From the NCBI GenBank assembly GCA_951406725.2, contig OX597815.1, positions 70,866,001-70,930,000 of the forward strand: DNA of 64,000 bases, written 5' to 3'. The notes under the pieces were generated by a model that was given only the letters and a program-made list of their open reading frames with translations, was not told the DNA's origin and did no database searches. The position numbers and the translations under genes were made by a program. Source of the DNA: Octopus vulgaris (taxonomy: Eukaryota). Numbering within the stretch: position 1 is the stretch's first letter; each line of letters opens with the position of its first letter. Below are positions 55,841-64,000 of the stretch, one piece after another.

Positions 55841-57344
55841 TGATAATTTCTTCATTTTTTTTGTATGATAACCTCTTAACGATTGAAACCGGTAGTATCT
55901 TTTGATAAAATGTAAATATTCCGCTTTCTTTATAAAGTTCTCAATGCATTATCTCTTTGTTTTCAATACACACACAATGCATATATCTATATGCATATAT
56001 ACACATATCACACACACATATGCATACAGACATACACATATACACAGACGTATGAATATACGTATGTATGTAATCGTGTATGAATGAAAATGTATATGGC
56101 TGTGATAAATACAGTAGAGAATTTAGAGAGTATATTTCAAGTCAATAAATTCAACGTAACTTACACGCTTCGCCGTGTTTCTCGCTGGAAGTCATCTTTA
56201 AATAAACTAGTTATTCCACGGATACCAAAGAAGTATTTTCCTCCCACCAGATTTGTGATCTACGTGTGTTTCTTAGATTATGTATTGTCAATATGATTGT
56301 ATATCTTCGAAGTTCTTAAGGCAATATTTTTTCTCTTTTTGCTTTTTGATATTAGTTTTTTATTTTTGGTCGAGTAATTTGTAATTTTACATTAAGATTC
56401 GATATTTTTGTGGTAAACAATGTTCACAGCTCTCGGCACCTCCGGTTATCTACTGCTTTGACAGACATGATGACAAGCCATTATATTTCAACGTTAGTTT
56501 TGGTCTGCTCTTTTAATAACCAAATACGATTTGAGAAGGCTATCGCATTCTTATCAGGAGCTCTTGTGTTGAGAAAACAGTCTTCTAATCTATTTCACCC
56601 ATTCCTATTCCTATTTTTACAACTACATTTCTATTCTAATGTGACTAGTTTTAGTTTAAATAATCCTCATGTTTCCTGTATTTGAAACGAAACTAAAAGT
56701 GATTTTCACGTTGTTTCTACTAAATACTTATAGTATTTGTAGAGTAGAGAAATGTTTTTTTAAGTCAAGTTAAAAAGTTTATCACAATTATTGTTTCGAT
56801 TTTTCTATCATAAGCATATTTTACTGCTCTTTGGTATACACTCTTTCCTTGGATGAAATTCGAACGGACCACTTTATAGTGCTGCTGCACGGTGGAAAAT
56901 CTGTGCAACAATGCTTACAGCCGAAGACACAATTTCAATGATATTTGTTACATGGCTTGAAGACTGAACAATACATTCTAACTATTTGGTCGGCCTACAG
57001 ATTATTTATTGTGAGACGTTAATGTAGCAGTTTTTTGACGTTTGAATCACACCCTTCTTTACTTAATATGACCCAAGGTGATTTATAATATATAAAACTC
57101 TGAGTTTGTCACCTTTATAATGACAAGTTTGTTTATTACTGAACAAATTCTGCATGAAGATTACAATACTTCTGGCTGTTAATCATAGCTTTAGTTACTC
57201 GATTAGCATTCTTTTACTAGTTTCAGTGATTGAATTGTGACTATGTTGTGGAAATGTCTTCTTGGGCAGTGCTTCTCAAACTATCCGATGTGACATACCG
57301 GCAGTTTTTTCCAATGTGTCAGGGACGCCACCCCTATAGTGTAT

Positions 57345-57440
57345 AAGAATTTAGTTAAGAATATTAGTAGGAGATTTTCTAGCCTCTCCTCCAATACAAA
57401 CATATTTAATAATGTTGCCCCACTATATAACAATGCTCTT
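57345..57440 (+). pseudogene. Penelope-like thumb/linker fragment
   Basis: KNLVKNISRRFSSLSSNTNIFNNVAPLYNNAL resembles the PLE 'SRR..LSS..F...AP.Y..AL' segment. Confidence 0.6.
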
Positions 57441-57984
57441 ATTAGGCCATTCGGAGTTTACTTTCCTCAGTCGAGTTCCAGATTATCTTTGCAATTTCGG
57501 CTGGTTATACTCAAGATTGCTCCAATCTGGCCAGCCCCAAGGAAAAACTAAGCTTGGAAGAAAGCAGCGAATGTACACGAAAACAAGAACGGGAAAAAAC
57601 GGAGGTTACACGAATACAAATAAAAGGTGTCTTTCAACTAAGGACGAATTATATTAAGCTGGCGTGTGTGGAAGTAAAGCCTTACAGCAGGGATACGAGA
57701 TTTCACAGGCACAGGGAAGAATAGAGATGTTGAACGGACAGCGGTCAATATATATATATATATACACACACATATACATGTGTGAGTGTGTGTGAATATG
57801 TGTGTATGTATGGGTACGTGCATACACATATATGTTTGTGTGTGTCTATGTGCATGTACGTATACATGTTTGCGTTAGTGTGTACGTACGTAGACGTTGT
57901 GAACGCAGGAGGTCTATGTATTGTGAGAATATGGTTGCGTGTATTTTTTTTCTTTTTTCTTTTTCTACCTATCAGAGTAACCTC

Positions 57985-58869
57985 CCTTTTATTCAACGGT
58001 TTTTCATTGCCATTAATAGTGGAGACCTGAGCCTTGAAGATCGTGAGCACAGTGGACGCCCATCTGTCATCAATGACGGTCAATTAAAGTCCGTCATTGA
58101 GAAAGATCCACGTAGCACCACTCGAGAACTGGCAAAAGAACTTCAAGTTAACCTGAAAACTGTGTGCAACCATTTGTATGTGATCGGAAAATTAAAAAAG
58201 CTCGACAAATGGGTACCACACGATTATATCAGAAAATGCGCAGGCCGATCCAATTCTCGATCGTATTGTAACTTGCGATGAAAAGTGGATTCTGTACAAT
58301 AATAAAAAAACGTTCTTCGCATTGGTTGGATCAAAGGGAAGCACCGAAAACCTTTCCTAAACCTGAGCTCTTCAAATAGAAGGTGACTTTGGTGGTGTAC
58401 TGCTGGACTCATCCACTATAACTTCTTAGAACCCGGAAAAAACATTATTGCAGAAACATATTGCCATAAACTTGCTAAAATGAACGAAAAACTACAATTT
58501 CACTGTCCCAGATTGGTCAACAGAAGAGGGACAATCATTATTCATGACAATGCTCGATCACACGTTTCACTAATGACGCTCCAGAAGTTGAAGGAACTTA
58601 TTCCCCAGGTCTTTCTTCTACCACTTTTTCAAGCACCTTGATGGTTTTCTGCGAGAGAAGCTGTTCAAAAATTAAACCGATGCTGAAAGTGCGTTCAAAG
58701 AGTTCATCAGCTTCAGAACTCCAGAGTTTTATGTTACCGTTGTAACTCGTTGGCAAAATTGTGTTGATTGTAATGGTACTTACTTTCATGAATAAAATTT
58801 CTGCATTGTTGAAATATATTGCGATGAGTTTCATGCTTCAAAACGTTGTTTACTTTTTACTCAGCCTGA
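57985..58869 (+). mobile_element. Mariner remnant
   Basis: SGDLSLEDREHSGRP..KLDKWVPH, DRIVTCDEKWILYN, HDNARSH; right end TTTTTACTCAGCCTGA followed by TA. Confidence 0.88.
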
Positions 58870-59389
58870 TATATATATATATATATATATATACATACAT
58901 ACATCTACGTACACGTACATGCATATTTATCTCAACACGTACATATATGTGTGTGTGTATACATTTATACATATATACATACATTACATACATGTATATG
59001 TATATACATGCATGCATGTATCATACATACGCGCATATTTTACTCAACTCATTTTAGACAATTTGTAACTCCACAACCCACACAGCTCATTCTCTACACA
59101 CGCCACCTAGGCAATAAAACTTATAACACAACTATCTCAATACTAACAAATTTCTGCACTGGGAGTTTCGTTGTGCTTTCTTGAGCAAGATACTTCATTT
59201 CACGTTGTTCCAGTTTGATTAACCCCTTTCCTTGCAACTGCCACTTCTACAGGTTTGCTGGGTCCATGACAGGAGGGCCAAGAAGGTATCTATGTCTGCT
59301 TGAGAGAACGTAGGCGCCTAAAACAATGAAAAGATGATACATACTTTCACGTTCGCCATACTCGTTCGCAAGTGACTGTATATACGAAA

Positions 59390-60006
59390 CGCCATCAACG
59401 CTCTACAAACTTACTCAAATATCTTTGCACATTCGCTACAGAAGCAACAATGAAACACTGAAAAAACACTAGAATTTGGTAAGCTTGAATATTTACATGC
59501 AAGTTTTTTTTCCTCCAAGATGTTCTTAATTCTTTTTGATGTAAGGATTCCAACTCTTGATGTGTTTTTCTCAAACTACGAATAATTATGCTTAATAAAT
59601 AAAATATAAAAAATAAGACTTCAAAACAGTCGTGTTTTTTAATCTTACAAGTTGAGAAGGAAACATGGAAAATTTAATTAAGGCATGTAATGTTCACAAT
59701 GCATACAAGAAGAAATATAAAAAAGGAAACATTGTGAAACGTTAGTATATATAATTAATAAGAATGTTACGTAATGATAAAAATTATATGTCTCTGTTAT
59801 TTTTTGTAATTATTTTGAGTAAATGAACCTCGTTATCACCTCTGTGGCAGCCATTACTGACTTGAGCAGTCTACCATCACAATGATGGTGCTGGAAGTGG
59901 CGTCGTGCAACTACAGAAGAGCCCAGTTGTTTAAAATTTGTCAGAGAAAATACAGGTGTCGTGTAATATTGAAGTGATACCCAGTTTTATTTTCATTGAA
60001 AGAGAC
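59390..60006. repeat. Diverged direct duplication, copy 2
   Basis: See 53830-54402. Confidence 0.9.
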
Positions 60007-60213
60007 TGAAATATTTACAGGCTCACACGATGTATTAACGTAATTACATAATGCATTGTGTTGAATGTTACACTTCGTATAATTTGTTTATACATACATC
60101 CATCACGAGAGTGGGTGAGAGTCAGCAGGTGTAGGTATATGAAACTCATGCAGGCTCAATGTTTCATAATTGGAACACGCATGCTTTGGCTTTGCTTAGA
60201 GCTTCTATAGTAT

Positions 60214-60259
60214 TCGTCACTGAGGAGACCGAATCAGATCGAAACACTGTGTCTGACGA
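60214..60259 (+). ncRNA. Type I hammerhead ribozyme
   Basis: UCGUCA CUGAGGA GA CCGAAUCAGA UC GAAA CAC U GUG UC^UGACGA; 6-bp stem I, GUC triplet, weak stem II. Confidence 0.8.
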
Positions 60260-60368
60260 CTCACCAACGTTCTGAGCAAAGGCATTGTTTTTAACACACA
60301 AGTCTCTTTGAAAAGTTTCTCTGAGGTAAATATTACAAGTGCCGTTCCAAGTTTGTATTCACATTATG

Positions 60369-60421
<53 letters not shown>

Positions 60422-60460
60422 TCTGATATTATGATCTAAGGCAGTTTCATGTGCGTATAC

Positions 60461-60665
60461 TTTTTTACTCTCTTTTACTTGTTTCAGTCAGTTGACTGCG
60501 GCCATGCTGGAGCACCGCATTTAGTCGAGCAACTCGACCCCGGGACTTATTCTTTGTAAGCCCAGTACTTATTCTATCGGTCTCTTTTGCCGAACCGCTA
60601 AGTAACGGGGACATAAACACACCAGCATCGGTTGTCAAGCAATGCTAGGGGGACAAACACAGACA

Positions 60666-60733
<68 letters not shown>

Positions 60734-60879
60734 TACGACGGGCTTCTTTCAGTTTCCGTCTACCAAATCCACTCACAAGGCTTTGGTCGGCCCGAGGCTA
60801 TAGTAGAAGACACTTGCCCAAGGTGCCACGCAGTGGGACTGAACCCGGAACCATGTGAACCCGGAACCACTCCTGCGCC
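60461..60879 (-). mobile_element. SINE family A, young, head rearranged
   Basis: Near-consensus; TGAACCCGGAACCA is duplicated in place of part of the tRNA head. Confidence 0.92.
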
Positions 60880-61019
60880 TAATTGAATATATTAACTAAT
60901 TGAATATATTAAATGACAATATATTAGTCCCGATTTCTGCCGACCGGACCTGTATTATCTTAATTAAAAGAATTTGTTTTAACGTAATGTTAGAAAATCT
61001 AATACATTGTTTAGCAAAC

Positions 61020-61065
61020 AATAGTCCGCAAAAGTAGTACTGGGGGTCCGTGAAATAAATTCAGA

Positions 61066-61136
<71 letters not shown>

Positions 61137-61198
61137 ATAAGCATATTAAAAGGGGTCCGTGACAAAACTCATTTAAATAAAAGGGTTGGGAATCACTG
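61020..61198. mobile_element. hAT/Charlie-like MITE end
   Basis: GGGGTCCGTGA subterminal repeats; terminus GGTTGGGAATCACTG followed by CTCTAAAG (NTCTAGAN-like site). Confidence 0.6.
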
Positions 61199-61639
61199 CT
61201 CTAAAGTAATGGACGTAATTAGGAACACCACCTGTCATATAATTAATTCTGAACTAAAACTGTCAATCAATATAAACAGGCGTCATCTAATACATAACCA
61301 TCCACGTGACCGATTACCTAACCGACCACGCCACAAGCCATGTGATTAATTGACACTCAAACCTTTAAGTATTTTAAATCAGAGGTTATCAGATTGAAAA
61401 TATTAGTCAGTACTTCGAAATATTAGTGAACAGTTTTTACCGACTCTACCCTTTATAAATGAGAATAGAAACCAGAGTTTGTACCTAAATAATTCTTCTT
61501 TCTTCGTCATGGTTTTGGATAAGTCCAACAAGTGGGAAAGCAATATATGTAATTTAGCAGAAAATAAAATGCATAGAGAACTAGTTTAGGTGCCACTCGC
61601 AAGTGAGTATGACTTACTTGTTCTACGTTTTTGTTAACC

Positions 61640-61790
61640 GAGGAGCGCATTGTCTAATGGTTTGTGTGTTCTGGTCTCAATCATATAGATGTGGGTTTGA
61701 TTCCGGGAACAGAACGGTGCGTTATGTCGTTGATCAAGTATCTAATTTTATGTTGCTCTACTGAACCCAGCTTAAAATAAGTGCCATTGG
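61640..61790 (+). mobile_element. SINE family C, old
   Basis: TGTCTAATGG A-box, GGTTTGATTCC B-box, GTTATGTCGTTGATCAAG. Confidence 0.5.
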
Positions 61791-61917
61791 AGTGCTGGGG
61801 CATGCGCCCTTCCATCCTTGATATTTCACTGGGTCAAGGTAGTGAGGGTCAAGAGGGTACCTCTTCCTGCTTACAACACACTAGGCGTCCAAAACAAACA
61901 AAGTAATATAAACATAA

Positions 61918-62124
61918 TAATCCTTTCTATTGTAGGCACAAGTTCTAAAATTTTATGGGGAGGAGAAAGTCAATTACATCGACCCCAGTTCTTTTTATTT
62001 TATCGGCTTTGAACGGATGAAAGTCAAAGTCGACCTCCGCGTAATTTGAACTCAGAACGTAAAAACGAACGAAATGCCGCTAAGCGTTTTTCGGCCTGCT
62101 AACGATTCTGCCAGCTCACCGCTT
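61918..62124 (-). mobile_element. SINE family B
   Basis: AAAGTCGACCTC..ATTTGAACTCAGAACG..GATTCTGCCAGCTC. Confidence 0.82.
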
Positions 62125-63357
62125 TAATATATAAACATACAATAATAGATTATAATCATTAACATGCTCATCAATTCTAGATCGATTATTTATTAAGACA
62201 AGTCGCATATCACATTCGACTTTCCTACATCGTTTTTATATTTGCTAAAGCAGAAAACTTTTCTCACATAAATAAATTGAGTCAAGAAGAAGCAAAATAT
62301 GCAGTACCTTCTTTTGAACATTTGGTGTTGGAAACTGAGTTGGAAGTTTAGAGACAGGAACATTTCTTGCTTTCTTATCAATAATTTCTCTTAACTTTCT
62401 CTTAACTTCATCAATATCACACATAAACGGATTCTCTACCTAATTACACCTTTTACCTGGAATCTCAGAGAAGTATTTATACTCGAAGATATCACAAACT
62501 ATTTTCTAGACCTGCAACAAAGGTTATTTCTGGTAGCGTTTGCAATTTCTGTGGCTTCTGAAGAAGTTTGAAAAGAAGGAAATGACATGGAATTCCTTGA
62601 AGATTGTTCAGTTTACAACGTCCTCCATTTTAAGGAAACAAATTTGAATGTTCTCCGGGGGAGTGGGGATAACTTGAGAGTATTGAATTTAAACAAGCCA
62701 GTGAGATAAGATAAATGTAACAAATCTCGTTTATTTGTCAATAGAGTGGGTATGCTAATCTTTTAGTGTACAGTGTTATAGATCCATTTCAACCGATTTT
62801 ACCCATCAGTTTCGTACATGAGTCAGATAATTCGGTGATTCTCTAAGACCACGAGTCTTAGGTAATCACCTAAATTGTCTTATTCGCGTATGAAACCAAT
62901 AGGTAAGATTGGCTGAAATGGAGCTATTATAGTATCTGCTATAAAGTTTAATACACACACACACATATACGCGCGCGTGGGTGTATGTGTGTATGTGTGT
63001 TTGTGTATGTATGTGTGTGTGTATGTGTATCTGTGTGTGTGTTGTGTGTATAGATGTATATAGGTATATAAACAGATTATCAGAGGATGACAGAAGATTA
63101 TCGGTTACCAATAATCTTGCTTAATACGTTCGTATGGAGAACGTCCTTGACCTTCGGTACCAAATGGAAATGGCGTCACAGTTCTCCCGTCAAGTTGAAC
63201 ATGCTGCAAAAATAATAGGTTTACAAGAAAAAAATTGCGGCTTCATGTTCACTGTATTTCAGCATTATCGCAAACTTAATTTATCAATTGATGCGCAAAT
63301 TGTTTGGAACCACGTTTTAGATAAAATAATTTCTACAAAATATTATTAAATCATTGT

Positions 63358-63590
63358 AACGTGGACAAGTGGTTAAGGCGTTGTTCTTAGGATTGTAAGA
63401 GTATGGCTCTGATTTCTGATCCGGATATTGCGCTGCTGTGTTTTTGAGCAAAACAATTCATTTCACGTTGCTTCAGTCTCTTCAACTGGCGTCCTGTTCA
63501 GAAAGAAAGAAAGAGAGAGAGAGAGAGAGTGATCTTGGTTACTTACACGCCATAGAAACCTGGTAACCGGCTCGATGAGTTCGAGGACTT
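63358..63590 (+). mobile_element. SINE family C, old
   Basis: GTGGACAAGTGGTTAAGGCG head, GTGTTTTTGAGCAAAAC..TTTCACGTTGCT. Confidence 0.55.
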
Positions 63591-64000
63591 GAGACATTAA
63601 AGTTTAGGGGTTAATGACTACAATGTTGATTGTTGATGCAACAGCGGATTCTAGCCATGTGGAACAGAACGTTCATTATCCGTTAGTTGACCAAGGGTGG
63701 TACCAAATATTTATTTCTTTTTCCGTTGCTTTCGCGACTAACTTCAACCCATCCATAGGGTGGCGTCCATGGTCATGTAATCAGTTAATGAAAGACACTG
63801 TGACTCAAGCTCCCAATTCAAATTCATAATTCCCTTATTATGAATGTTAACTGGGAGCTGATTACGCAACTATAGATGCCTCCCCTATGGATGCGTTGCC
63901 GTTACTCTCTTGACAGAGCTCGGTGATTTAACCGCTGATCTTCTGGGATTCCTCCGCTCTGCTTTAATGTAAGAAGCACGGTTGGATCTTTTGAGCTCTT

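Noticed and set aside
62193-62530. Possible minus-strand host exons (55-nt AG..GT segment; MFKRRYCIFCFF ORF)
   Set aside because: The 55-nt segment has stops in all frames, and the ORF is short with no recognisable homology.
63134-63349. ORF with QVEHAAKIIGL, faintly like an RTE/L2 RT segment
   Set aside because: Similarity limited to about 12 residues; cannot be supported.

Overview
AT-rich, microsatellite-dense metazoan non-coding DNA. The SINE families and repeat content suggest an octopus or other coleoid cephalopod (inference). No intact host protein-coding gene can be supported, and most listed ORFs are microsatellite read-through. The window contains decayed transposons: three mariner remnants, two DD37D/maT elements, a Tc1-like deletion derivative, a MULE, Penelope-like fragments, a Ty3/Gypsy pol with its 3' LTR, RLE-type LINE fragments, an ORF1-only LINE-like insert, MITEs and many tRNA-derived SINEs. 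The main hidden signal, folded by eye, is about 14 type I hammerhead-ribozyme motifs from roughly ten unrelated sequence families on both strands. Most have minimal palindromic stem III and several have recurrent non-canonical core variants. They sit in a Penelope 3' region, in ~340-400 bp partially tandem retrozyme-like units, and in foldback structures carrying divergent ribozyme pairs. Ribozyme activity is not demonstrated. Repeat boundaries are approximate.
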